DNA of 43,126 nucleotides from Conidiobolus incongruus B7586. Lineage: Eukaryota. The DNA lies in contig JNEM01013709.1 in the NCBI GenBank assembly GCA_000697335.1, positions 1 to 43,126 on the forward strand, in the 5' to 3' direction. The notes beneath the pieces are model-generated. The model saw nothing but the letters and a program-made list of their open reading frames with translations. It did no database searches and was not told the origin of the DNA. Shown one piece after another: positions 1 to 12,073 of this stretch (position 1 is the first letter of the stretch; each line of letters opens with the position of its first letter). Position numbers and translations under genes: made by a program.

Positions 1-759
1 TAAATAAATATATAAAATAAATAACTTATAAATTAATAAAAACCTAGAAGAAAATTAAATAAATATTAATTAAATTAAAATATAACTAACAATAATCCCT
101 TTTATATTAAATCATTATAATTAGTAAATCTCAATTGTTTTATATAATTATTTTTATAAAATTAGAATAAAATATCTAATTAAATTATAACAACCTTTTA
201 TATAAATTTTAATAAACAAATATTTTATTTATAAGCAAATATTAATTATATAAAAATATAATAATATTATATAGATTTTCATTTAATTTTTGAAAGTATA
301 TAAATTAATATTAAGCTTTATATTATATTTCTAATTAAAATTTTTTTAATTATTATTTTAATTGTAAATATAAAATATTTATAAATCTATATTATAATTT
401 TAAAATATATTAAGTTAAATTCATAAAATATTTTTTATATAAAAAATTAAAAAAATTAATATATTTAATATATTCACCAAATTACAACCTATGTAATTAT
501 ATCTCCTAATATAATCAAAAAATATGCTTATAAGATAAAAATTCCTATGAATAAATTAAAATAATTAATTATTAAATTTCAATCTTTAATAAAAAGAATT
601 AATAGATATTAGAAGTTTTTGAAAAATATACCAAATAATTACCATTATTAAAAGACAGTACTATATCGTATATCATTTGTTTATTTTTATATATTATTTA
701 TTAATAAATTTATTGAATTTAGATTTTAAAATTATTCTATTATTTATATTTTATAGTAA
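1..759 (+). mobile_element. 3' part of a heavily decayed mariner-type DNA transposon, truncated by the window start
   Basis: 471-500 reads Y-S-P-N-Y-N-L-C-N-Y, a G>A-decayed version of YSPDYNLCDY in the copy at 26866-28184. Downstream segments (aaaattcctatgaataaattaaa, atttcaatctttaataaaaagaa, tattagaagttt) are colinear with that copy. A decayed TIR ends ...gtaa|ta at about 759. Confidence 0.7.
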
Positions 760-2547
760 TATATTATAGATCTTTTGAATTAAAACACAACACCATAATT
801 TGATTATAAAGTCGTTAAATTAATAGTCTGATATTAATAGTGAATCAATTAAAGAATATTTAATCATAATACAATTTATTATTAGCTATATATTCTTTTA
901 TATTAATCAATAATTTCTTTGTAATATTTTTAAAACCATATATAAATTAATTTTCAATATAAATATAATATATAAATCAAACTAAATTTTGTTAAAACAG
1001 TTAATATTTGATATTAAATAAATTATCTTTTTTAAAAATATTTTTATTTTGATATTTATTGGACTAAATAATAAAATATATATGTTAAATATAAAATCTC
1101 TAATAAATGATTAAATATATCATATGATTATTTAAATTAAATTTAATTCTCTAATTATTATTTATTATAATATTTTCAAGAACTTAAATTTTGTACAATT
1201 TAATACACAATAATAACAAATAAAGTAATTACATAATCATTATATATATTTTTTAAGTTTTACATCGCTTTATTAAGATCATAAGACAACTTGATAATCT
1301 GTTAAATTTTCTTTTAACTCCTTTTTCCAGATTCTTTTTAAAGATCTAGTTCATTTTAAATATTATACTTCAAATTATTGAATTTTAATTTTTATGAGAC
1401 TTTTATTAGAGTTTTTTTAAAGGACTCCTTAGAGAGTTTTCATTTTGTTGCAAGGAGTCCAGGAGTTTAGATATTGTAAGGATGAAGTTATCTATAATAT
1501 TAAAACGAACCTATGAATAACTAAATTTTTGATCAAAGGGGTCGCAGAAGATAATTTCAATTTTAGCGGGCCTTGTATGTGTAAGAGATCCTGATTCAAT
1601 TATCAAATGTAATATTCTGCAATCGCTATCCTTGTATTTGAATCAATCCATTCAACTAAATAAGCATTAGTAAAATAATGATTTTGATATTAGCTCTATA
1701 TAAAAGTCATTGTTTATTATTATTGAGGGTTGATCATATTGACGAAAAACCTGTGGTAAAGACCACAGTTTGGGTAATATTACGGGTTATCTAAATTAAA
1801 TTTGTAAATAAACAAAGGAAATTCTCATTAAATGATTCTATTAAGTTCAACCTCAATTAAACACGAATCCGGATTATGATTTAGAATTTAATCTTGTGAA
1901 TTAAATCTAGGAGATGTGTTAACATCTCTCTTAATTACATGAAATATAATTGTTTTATTTTATATAATTTTTTTTATTTAAAAGGTAAAATCAATGATTC
2001 AAATTTTAGTCCGATTGAATTAAAAATTTCTCAGCACAATTAACATTCTGCATAGAAAAGAAATTTGATTAACTTTATCGGATTTGCTTAAAACTATCTT
2101 CAAAATAAACCAGAATTATAATAGATAAACATTATATAGTTTTTGTATAACCCCAATCATTGATCATTTCCTTCTGAAAATCTTTATAGAAATCATATTG
2201 TACTACCTATTCAAACTCAGAAGGCAATTAAACAAATTATTCCACACATCAAAAATTGATCAATTGTATTTTGTACCAATCAAAAATCTCTGTGCGCCGA
2301 CCTGCTAAAGATTTTTATTTTTTCCATGCTAAATCTAGACATTTTAATAGTTATATTATATACAACTTTTAAAGATTTATACTGTTAATTATTAATATAA
2401 TATATATTCAATATAGGATATAATATTTATCAAATTGGTTAAATTCGAATCAATTTTTATTATTCGGAATAATATCTGATAAAAAAAACATTATTAATTA
2501 TTACAAATAAACTTACAATATTTATTATATAATATAATATATCAATA

Positions 2548-2713
2548 CCTGAATTTTTACTAATCAAGATAACCAGATGTTACATTGAAGCTTGGAAAAA
2601 TTTATTCTTCATATGTACCCACGAATTGATTATCATGTAAGATTTTTCTGAGGATTTTATTGTTTGTATAAATATCAATTAGTTGGCATGTAGATTTAAG
2701 CTTAAGGTGCTAA
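2548..2713 (+). promoter_or_regulatory. Putative promoter of chitinase 1, with blocks conserved upstream of chitinase 2
   Basis: TATAAATA at 2667-2674, AAGGTGCTAA at 2704-2713 and TGTTACATT...TGGAAAAATT at 2578-2602 recur at similar distances upstream of the paralogue ATG (10241-10410). Confidence 0.45.
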
Positions 2714-2732
2714 ACTTTTGTCAATAATTAAA

Positions 2733-5700
2733 ATGCGCCAGTTCGTTACGTTTACCCTTTGTTTAATTAATGTTTTCGCTCATGTTACTGGAGCTAACAA
2801 AGTAGTCGTTGGTTACTGGACTGATTGGACTGCTGGAGAATACCCTACCTCTGCAGTTCCTTGGGATTTGTTAACTCATGTCAATTTCGCTTTTGCTACT
2901 TTCACTGATAATGATTGGAAACTTAAAATTAATTCTCCTCAAGCTTTGAAAGATTTAGTCAAAGACTCCAAGCCAACTAATACTAAAATTTTAGTCTCCG
3001 TTGGTGGTTGGAATGGATCCAAGTACTTTTCTCCAATGGTAGCCAGTAAAGACACAAGGGCTAAGTTCATTAAAAATACTGTTGATTTCGTCAATAATTA
3101 CAAAATTGATGGTATTGATTTGGATTGGGAATATCCTGGACGAGATGGTGCTCCTGGCAACATTAAATCTCCTCAAGACACTGAAAACTACCTCACCTTT
3201 TTGAAGGAATTGAAAAATGCTCTCCCCAAAAATACCCTTATTACCGCTGCCGTCCGTGTTCAACCTTTTGATGGTCCTAATGGCCCACTTAGAGATGTCT
3301 CTAAATTTGCTGATTATTTCGATTTCATCAATATCATGGCTTATGACATCAATGGTCCTTGGAACACTGAAACTGGTCCAAATGGTCCATTGGATTATGA
3401 ACCTGGTAAAGGTACTCCTCTTTCCGTCAAGCAATCTTTCAATGACTGGAATAACGCTGGTATCCCTAAGCATAAATTGGTTGTTGGTGTCCCATTTTAT
3501 GGATATTCCTATAGTGTTGATACTGATATGAGTAAAAGCGATAGTCAATATGCCAAAATTACTAAAAGCCACAATAGCATTGCTTACAATGCTTTGTTTA
3601 GCAATGGTATGCTACAGTCTCCTCTTGAAGCTAATACTGAAAATGGTTGGATTCGCAAATTCGATAAAATTACCAAAACTCCTTGGTTATTCAACAAAAA
3701 TTCTAAGACTTTTATTGCTTATGATGATCCCTTCTCTTTAACTCACAAGTCAGAGTATGTTCGATGCAATGGCTACCGTGGTGCTATGATTTGGGCATTG
3801 AACAATGATAAAGATAGTTTACTTGTTAAATCACTTCAAAATGTGCATAAAACTGGACCTTGTACTGGCATTCCCGATCCTACTACCACTACCACTACTA
3901 CCAAACCAACTACTACCACTACTAAGCCAACCACCACAACTACCACTACTAAGCCAACCACCACCACTACCACTACTAAGCCAACCACCACCACTACTAC
4001 TACCACAACTACCACAACTACCACTACTAAACCAACCACCACAACTACCACTACTACCACCGAGCCAACTACTACCACAACTACCACTACTAAGCCAACC
4101 ACCACTACCACTACTAAACCAACCGCCACTACTACCACTACTACCACCGAGCCAACTACTGCTACCACTGATCCAACTACTACCACAACTATCACTACTA
4201 AGCCAACCACCACTACCACTACTAAACCAACCGCCACTACTACCACTACTACCACCGAGCCAACTACTGCTACCACTGATCCAACTACTACCACAGCTAC
4301 CACTACTAAGCCAACCACCACTACCACTACTAAACCAACCGCCACTACTACCACTACTACCACCGAGCCAACTACTGCTACCACTGATCCAACTACTATC
4401 ACAGCTACCACTACTAAGCCAACCACCACTACCACTACTAAACCAACCGCCACTACTACCACTACTACCACCGAGCCAACTACTGCTACCACTGATCCAA
4501 CTACTATCACAGCTACCACTACTAAGCCAACCACCACTACCACTACTAAACCAACCGCCACTACTACCACTACTACCACCGAGCCAACTACTGCTACCAC
4601 TGATCCAACTACTACCACAACTATCACTACTAAGCCAACTACTACTACCACAGCCACTAGCACTGAGCCAACTACTATCACTACTACCGAGCAAGCCACC
4701 ACTACCACTACTGCTGAATCATCAAAGACCACCACTACCACTGAACAGGCTACAGCTACCACAACCACCACTACTTCTACTACTCCTACTTCTAAAGACA
4801 ACTCCGAATACCCTGTCAAGACCGCCACTACCACCACTAAGGATAATTCTCAGCCTACTACTACTAAAGATGATTCCGAATACCCTATCAAGACCACCAC
4901 TACCACCACTACCACCACTACCACCACTAATGATAATTCTGAACCTAGTACTACTACCACTAAGGATAATTCCCAGCCCACTACTACTATTACTACTGCT
5001 ACTACTGCTACTACTACTACTACTAAAGATGACTCCGAATACCCTACCAAGACCACCACTACCACCACTAAGGATAATTCTGAGCCCACTACTATTACTA
5101 CTACTAAAGATAACTCCGAATACCCTATCAAGACCACCAGCAATGATTCTGGATATCCTGTAAAGACTACCACCACGACTAATGGCTCTGAACCCACTAC
5201 CACTAAGGATAATTATGGATACCCCGTCAAGACTACTACCACCACTCCTGCTGGTTCCGAATATCCTGCCAAGCCTACTACCACCACTGAATCTGGATAT
5301 TCCTCTGAGACTGCTAGTACTCCTGTTAGTTCCGAATACCCTGTAAAGACTACTACCACGACCAATGGCTCTGAATATCCCTCTAAAACTAACACTACTG
5401 CTCCAGTTGATTCCGAATACCCCGTCAAGACTACTACCACCACTGAATCTGAATATCCTATTAAGACTACGACTACTACTCCTAGTGATTCCCAATATCC
5501 CGTCAAGGCGACCACTACCACTCCTGCTGGTTCCGAATACCCTGTCAAGCGTACCACTTCCCCAACTATTACTATTATCCATTCCACTGCTTATACCGTC
5601 AGCACACCTGTATCTCATGATTCACAAACATCTTTTTACAACACCGTTCCCACCTATATTACCAAACCCATTACTTATGCCGTCAATCCTATTCCCACCA

Positions 5701-5738
5701 CTCAGTCTACAGTTATTCAAAAATGTGGAAAACACTAA
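2733..5738 (+). CDS. Secreted GH18 chitinase (1001 aa) with a long Thr-rich mucin-like stalk and YPxK-repeat tail
   Basis: The likely start is the ATG at 2733 (MRQFVTFTLCLINVFAHVTGA signal peptide, matching the paralogue start), not the TTG at 2718. GH18 motifs: VVVGYW, THVNFAFA, SVGGW, DGIDLDWEYP (catalytic DxxDxDxE, 3108-3131), DFINIMAYD, KLVVGVPFYG, YDDP, GAMIW. Single open frame. Confidence 0.95.
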   Translation: MRQFVTFTLCLINVFAHVTGANKVVVGYWTDWTAGEYPTSAVPWDLLTHVNFAFATFTDNDWKLKINSPQALKDLVKDSKPTNTKILVSVGGWNGSKYFSPMVASKDTRAKFIKNTVDFVNNYKIDGIDLDWEYPGRDGAPGNIKSPQDTENYLTFLKELKNALPKNTLITAAVRVQPFDGPNGPLRDVSKFADYFDFINIMAYDINGPWNTETGPNGPLDYEPGKGTPLSVKQSFNDWNNAGIPKHKLVVGVPFYGYSYSVDTDMSKSDSQYAKITKSHNSIAYNALFSNGMLQSPLEANTENGWIRKFDKITKTPWLFNKNSKTFIAYDDPFSLTHKSEYVRCNGYRGAMIWALNNDKDSLLVKSLQNVHKTGPCTGIPDPTTTTTTTKPTTTTTKPTTTTTTTKPTTTTTTTKPTTTTTTTTTTTTTTTKPTTTTTTTTTEPTTTTTTTTKPTTTTTTKPTATTTTTTTEPTTATTDPTTTTTITTKPTTTTTTKPTATTTTTTTEPTTATTDPTTTTATTTKPTTTTTTKPTATTTTTTTEPTTATTDPTTITATTTKPTTTTTTKPTATTTTTTTEPTTATTDPTTITATTTKPTTTTTTKPTATTTTTTTEPTTATTDPTTTTTITTKPTTTTTATSTEPTTITTTEQATTTTTAESSKTTTTTEQATATTTTTTSTTPTSKDNSEYPVKTATTTTKDNSQPTTTKDDSEYPIKTTTTTTTTTTTTNDNSEPSTTTTKDNSQPTTTITTATTATTTTTKDDSEYPTKTTTTTTKDNSEPTTITTTKDNSEYPIKTTSNDSGYPVKTTTTTNGSEPTTTKDNYGYPVKTTTTTPAGSEYPAKPTTTTESGYSSETASTPVSSEYPVKTTTTTNGSEYPSKTNTTAPVDSEYPVKTTTTTESEYPIKTTTTTPSDSQYPVKATTTTPAGSEYPVKRTTSPTITIIHSTAYTVSTPVSHDSQTSFYNTVPTYITKPITYAVNPIPTTQSTVIQKCGKH
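4091..4630 (+). repeat. Coding tandem repeat, 5 x 108 bp (36 aa: KPTTTTTTKPTATTTTTTTEPTTATTDPTT...), inside the Thr-rich tract at about 3882-4790
   Basis: The anchor TAAGCCAAC recurs at 4091, 4199, 4307, 4415, 4523 and 4631, an exact 108-bp period. Units are nearly identical. Confidence 0.9.
4795..5560 (+). repeat. Degenerate coding repeat (S/G)-(E/G/Q)-Y-P-(V/I/T/A/S)-K-T(n), about 13 copies
   Basis: SEYPVK, SEYPIK, SEYPTK, SGYPVK, YGYPVK, SEYPAK, SEYPSK and SQYPVK units separated by Thr runs in the chitinase 1 C-terminus. Confidence 0.85.
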
Positions 5739-8700
5739 TAATATTTTTAATATAATATTTAATACGTTAAATTTTTAATAAAACATTAGTTAATTAATGA
5801 ATAATTAAATTTTAGAATTTACTTTTTTATTATATAGCTAATCCGGTCAAATTTATATATTCAAAAAGCTAAGATTAATTAAAGTTTTATTCAGTATTTA
5901 CTTTGATTGATTCATTTCTGTTTTCTTGTTTATTCCCAATATCAATCATATCCGAGTATAAGGTTTAAAATATTGTAATACCAATCCATTTTCAAATTGT
6001 GAAAGTAGATTTGAATTGATTGATAATATTTTATAATCATATTTACTCTTTCGGATTATATATTTATTTATATTTGATAAAGTTCAATCAACTTAAATAA
6101 ATACTCTGATTCAGTTTAATAATTTTCAATCAATTAACTAGTATCAAATTGGTGGTAAATTTTAAACGGAAAGGTGTATTATTAAACTTCAAAAATCTCA
6201 AAATTAACATATAAAGTCATTTATTATTATTAATAAAAAATTAATACAAAATAATTCTATTGCGGTACTTGGATCATATTTATTGGATTCATATGATAAA
6301 TAATTTCATTTCTTATAAATTACATATATATAATTTTTCTATATATTATTGAATCTATAATAAAGATTATATTTATCAGATTCAAATGTTACTATTCGTT
6401 TACTGAGTTACAAATTATTAAAATTATAATATAGCTGTATTTGGATTTGTAATATTATCATTGGAAGATCATATAATAGCAGTAATTAGTCCTCTCTGTA
6501 ATATTTATATAATGTATAAGCTGAAATAATATCATTTATCATGATTTTTAACAAAATGTTTATTGTTTTTAATTTTGATGACTTTAATTACTTTTTGATT
6601 AATATCAAAATATTTTTTAAATTAAATCTATAGAATAATGTAATATATTAGCAATCATGGTTTGGTAATAAAACTTTATATTCCATAAAAAATTTTCATA
6701 ATAAACATATATTACAATATATAAAGATATATTTTTAGTTATATCTCAGAACAATAAACCGAGTTAATTGCAAACCAAAATTTATTGTATCGATCAATTC
6801 AAAGTTTCAATTATTGCAACCACACTCAATACAAAATATTTCAATATATTAAAACTTTCTATTAAGTGTGTCTGCTATCAAGATAATCATTTTATATTAT
6901 AACTTGATACAATTTTAATTCTTGTCAAATCAACTTTGAATAAATTTTAAATTTATTTGTAATAAAATTATTATAACCTAGAGAGGTTAATAATATTTCA
7001 ACAATAAGTTGGTACATAGTATATTGAATAATTAATACATTTATAAATATCATAAGACTCAGACATTAATTAACATATTATTTCAATATATCTACAGATT
7101 ATACTTCGGTTATATATATATATTATTAATCATTATTTAGGTTATGCAAATTATTGATAATTGTGTTTGTCATCGTATTTTCTGAGGGAAAAAATATCCT
7201 AAATATATATGAAATATACCTGTTTCCTAAGTATACAATCATATTGATGAATATTTAAAGTTATATGATTTTATATGCTTATAAAATCGCACTGCCAATA
7301 TAATAATTCAAGTTATTGAAGTTATAATACAAAAATAATTGATTTAAAAATCTAGTTTGATAAAATGAATATATAATAATATAGAAATATCATTTTTATA
7401 GACTTCCACATAGTTTTTAATATTGGACCATAATTTCTTAACAAGAAATATTATAATCAATATAAAATAATCTAATTAGTACATCCGAATATTTATTAAT
7501 TGTCAAAATGAAAAATATTATGAATTTCATATTTTTCTATATTTATTTATTAGTGATTTTAAGAGTTGATATCTAATATATAAATTTCTACCAAATCTAT
7601 TATTAATCATTTTTAATTAGTTTAATATAAATATAACTTAAAGTATAATAGTAATTTCAAAACAATGAAATCATTTGATTATAATAATTAACACTGTTAT
7701 TTCAAAATATATTATAAGGATTTTCTAATTAAAAATGAATATATTTATAATAATCATTAATATCTTTTCATATTAATATAATAAGATGATTTAATTACTC
7801 TCAAATTGTATGAAATATGGATTAAGCGTTATAATATTAGTATGTATTCAATAATAAAAATTTATAAATAATACAGTAATGAAAACAAATAATTTATTTT
7901 TTAATTATATTCTTATAAAATTTGAAACTTTTAAAATTAATTTAAAATGGCTAAAATTTATATAATACAATGCTATCAAAGTAAAATACAAGGATAAAGT
8001 ATGTTATTTTTAATTTTAATATGAAAGTTTAATTTTATGTATTAATATAAGAACAATAATTTGAATATAGATTTTCAAAGTAAAGCAGTTAAAGATTGAA
8101 AATTAAAAATTTTTTTTCTCTACATCATATTCGAATTTTTATCTTATTAACGAGTTTCCGACAAAAATGGTTATATAACTTTCATCACGGCAAACGAAAC
8201 CAGCGATTATAGAACATTGAAATAATATAACCTTCAAAGCTATTACCAGTGGTGTAAATAAGTATGTTTTAGGGTAAGTCTTGTCCCAAGTAATCAACAT
8301 TTAATTATCAAGAGATGAAATTTCCAGTGGGGTTTATCTTAATGATTTATTACAATTATTATTAAAGAAAATTAACAAGGATCAAAAAATATTTCATTTT
8401 TGATATTTTTGTATATTAGGGATTTTTATTTTATAATACCGAGATTGTTTGTTATATTAACAATGAAAAATAGAGTTACAAAATAAGCAAGACATCATAG
8501 AATAAATCTAATATAGTCATTTGATAGTGTTAATTCCTCTATGATATTATTCACACTATTAGCTAGTGTTCATATTATATTATATAATTCGTACGATTTT
8601 ATTAATGATCATAAATGTGAGTTTCAATTGAAATTCAATATTTTGGACATATTAATACAAATTTTACTTCACCTTGTTTTTATCCCTATTATGCATATAT

Positions 8701-10240
8701 AGATACATGACTTAAAATCAATTCATGATGAATTATAAAGAATCATAATCGATGCTTTAGATTAATTAATTTATCTATATATTAAATAGTATTATTCCCG
8801 TGATATCAATATCAACGACTTTTGATAATATCTTTTTCAAATGACTACTCGATTATAAAATATATTATTATTGATCTGGGTAATTTTAATTAAAGAAGCG
8901 ACAAGTATTAATTGGGAAACTATAAATTATGGGCTTTTTAATGTACCGAGTGGTAGATAATTAATTAACATCTTAAGAGTTAATATGTGGATTCTATATT
9001 GAAAATTTAATTGATATGTACTATAATATATTTTATATTTTGGTCTATGAAATAACTCAAATAATACCAATTTGGCTATTAATATTTTCACTATATATTC
9101 AATAAATGAAATTTAATAATTATATTAAATTTTAGTTCATTTTTTGAATTTTATTGCTCCATGAAAATTTCTAAAATATAAATATGTTGAAATTAATTTA
9201 TATCAGATGTTTTTCTCATTAATTTAAATTATTTTTCAAATGTTTTTATTGGTTTATAGAACGTAATTTAAATGATAATGACAACATGATATTTTGTGGA
9301 TAAGAAATTTTACAAGTAAATAAAACCCAATCCACACTTAAATATTACCAAACTAAAACAAAAATACGATCATTTACCGAAATTTTTTCATCTGAAAATT
9401 CAATGTAACTGATGTTTAAAAACAAAAGATAGATTCTAAAACATATTAAAAATTTATAGTCTATAATATTATATTGTTGATAAAAATTCACAACTATCAT
9501 TTAAAAAAGTTTAGTTCTACTTAATCACTAATTACAAATCAAAAATTTTTTTCTTTGAGAATTTTACAAGTAATCACAAGTAAGATTTTGAAAATTCAAA
9601 TATATATTTGTAGAATCTATGTGCATATCAGCTTAAAAGGAAGATTATAATTTAGAAGTAATCACATAAATTGAGAATTGCTGTTTGATTACTTGATAAA
9701 ATCTTTTTGTGTGGTTTATCATAAGAATCATAGTAATCCCGTTTATTCTCTCTCAATAATTGAACGAGTATCTTACCTTGTTAAACTTTTATTCTTTCCA
9801 CTCTATGACATAAACAAGAATTGATAATTATGTCGTAAAGAATTCCAGATTTTTGAAATTAATTATTATAGATATTTAAAATTTAACAATGACTACAAAT
9901 TTTCAAAATTTCAAATTAATGCTTTATGTATTATATTTATTATAATTATTATTTAAAAATGTAAATATATAAACCTTGTTTATAATTCCAGTAAAGCACA
10001 TTCCAAATACTTAGTATTTTAAAAGAACAATAATTTGAAATTTATAGTGTGATTGGAAGTGTTGTTATAATTTACAAAAATTTAATAACATTGAATTCAT
10101 AAGACGAAATAAACCGAAGTGATTTAGAAAATCAGTAAGTGTAGATAAAAAATAACCATATATTAAAGTATATAAAGTTTGTAGATATATAAATTTTGAA
10201 TGCGATAACAACAATTCAATAATTGTGTTAAATGAATATC

Positions 10241-10410
10241 ACTGAATTGATCCAATCAACCTGTTGTTACATTCTTGTCTGGAGAAATTATTTGATTATC
10301 CATTAAAATTAAGATTGCACAATATATTTTAAATCTAGTGTATAATGCGAAATTCACATTTCGTATATAAACCATGTAATTATAAAGCTTAAAGTTATTG
10401 AAGGTGCTAA
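10241..10410 (+). promoter_or_regulatory. Putative promoter of chitinase 2
   Basis: CTGAATT..AATC, TGTTACATT...TGGAGAAATT, TATATAAA (10364-10371) and AAGGTGCTAA (10401-10410) are shared with the chitinase 1 upstream region. Confidence 0.45.
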
Positions 10411-10429
10411 CTCTAATTCAAAAATCAAA

Positions 10430-12073
10430 ATGCGCCAGTTCATTTCTTACACCTTTTCATTAATTAATTTAATTTCTCTTGTTTCGGGAGCCGATAAAGT
10501 TGTTGTTGGTTACTGGACTGATTGGACTATTGATGAATATCCAACATCAGCTGTTGCTTGGGATTTACTGACCCATATCAACTATGCTTTTGCTCTTTTC
10601 ACTGATAAGGACTGGAAGCCTACTATTGAATCTCCTCAATCTTTGAAGGAGTTGGTTCAAAAATCCAAGCCTACCAATACTAAAATTTTGGTCTCCATTG
10701 GTGGTTGGACTGGATCCAAATATTTTTCACCAATGGTCGCTAATAAGACTACTAGAGCTACTTTTATTAAAAATACTATTGATTTCGTCAAAGAATATCA
10801 AATTGATGGTGTTGATTTCGATTGAGAATATCCTGGAAGAGATGGCAACGAAGGTAATATTAAATCTCCCCAAGACACTGAAAATTACCTCGTCTTCTTG
10901 AAGGAATTAAAGGCTGCTCTCCCCAGTAATATTCTCATCACTGCTGCTGTCCGTATTAAGCCTTTCGATGGTCCTAATGGTCCACTTAGCGATGTCTCTG
11001 CATTTGCTGAATATTTCGATTTCATCAATATTATGGCTTATGATATCAATGGTCCTTGGGAAACCCTCACCGGTCCAGTTGGTCCATTGGATTATGAACC
11101 TGGTAAAGGAGCTTCATATTCCGTTAAACAATCTACCAAAGACTGGAATAACGCTGGTATCCCCAAGGATAAATTGGTTGTTGGTGTCCCATTTTACGGT
11201 TATGCCCTCGGTGTTGATACTGATATGAGCGAAAGTGATAATCAATATGCCACTGTAACTAATCCTTCCCTTCCCAGTTACGCTTATAATGCTTTATTCA
11301 GCAACAATATTTTATCATCTCCTCTCGAAGCCAATACTAAGAATGGTTGGACACGTAAATTTGACAAAACTACTAAAACTCCTTGGTTATTTAACAAGGA
11401 CTCAAAGACTTTCATTGCCTATGATGACCCCCTCTCCTTGACTCATAAAACCGAGTATGTTAGATGCAATGGTTATCGTGGTGCTATGTTGTGGGCTTTA
11501 AATAATGATTATAACAATTTACTACTTAAATCTCTTCAAAATGTTCATAACACTGGCCCATGTAACGGAATCTCCGATCCTACCGACCCCCCTATTACTA
11601 CTACTCCTCCCACTTCTACCACTTCTTCTACTCTTCCCACATATCCTATCAAGTCTACCACTACCCTTGGTTCCGGATATCCCGTCAAGCCCACCACTAC
11701 CAGCGGATCTGGATATCCTGTGAAGACTACTACCGCCGCTAGTTCTGAATACCCCGTGAAGACCACCATTCCTTCTGATCCCGAATATCCTGTTAAATCC
11801 CCTAGTACTACTCCTGCTAATTCACAATACCCTGTTAAGACTACCGCTGTCGATGGCCAATATCCTGTCATTACTACCATCCCCCCCGCCACTCTTACTT
11901 ACCCCACAGCTAAGATTTCCTATATTCCTACTCCCACAACAGCTCCACCCAAGGCTACTTATCCCGTGAATCACATTGTTGCTGAACCCTCCGGCACTAT
12001 TGCCGTTTATCCAGTAACCACTGAAGTTGTTCAACCTTATCCTGTTAAGAAATGCAGAGTTAAGCATCAATAA
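10430..12073 (+). pseudogene. GH18 chitinase paralogue with a single in-frame TGA (10823-10825) in the catalytic motif; 547 aa if read through
   Basis: ORFs 10430..10825 and 10898..12073 are in the same frame. The junction reads DGVDFD*EYPGRDG versus DGIDLDWEYPGRDG in the paralogue (gat TGA gaa versus gat TGG gaa). Signal peptide, other GH18 motifs and YPVK tail are intact. Confidence 0.88.

Noticed and set aside
1422..1928. Short inverted repeats (ggactcctt/aaggagtcc 1422-1460; ctgtggt/accacag 1751-1768; gagatgt/acatctc 1911-1928) and ttgtgatt/aatcacaa at 16433-16451
   Set aside because: Stems of only 7-9 bp, unrelated to one another, with no target duplication or Helitron-type end that I could support; compatible with chance.
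3882..4790. Regular repeats as a CRISPR array or telomere-like tract
   Set aside because: No unique spacers; the units are in-frame Thr-rich coding repeats within the chitinase.
2991..5778. Long alternative-frame and antisense ORFs over chitinase 1 (poly-Leu/Pro, poly-Val, poly-Ser/Gly)
   Set aside because: Shadows of the ACT/ACC Thr-codon repeats and biased codon usage, which lack stops in other frames; no independent protein features.
10823..10825. Alternative genetic code (UGA=Trp) or selenocysteine
   Set aside because: The other Trp codons in both chitinases are TGG, TGA terminates the genes ending at 28809 and 35310, and the aligned residue is Trp rather than Cys.
10698..12070. Short overlapping ORFs in chitinase 2 (10698..10901, 10968..11228, 11505..11723, 11545..11892, 11822..12070)
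   Set aside because: Frame shadows of the chitinase. The gene is explained by one frame with one stop, and an intron removing the TGA would delete part of the conserved catalytic motif.
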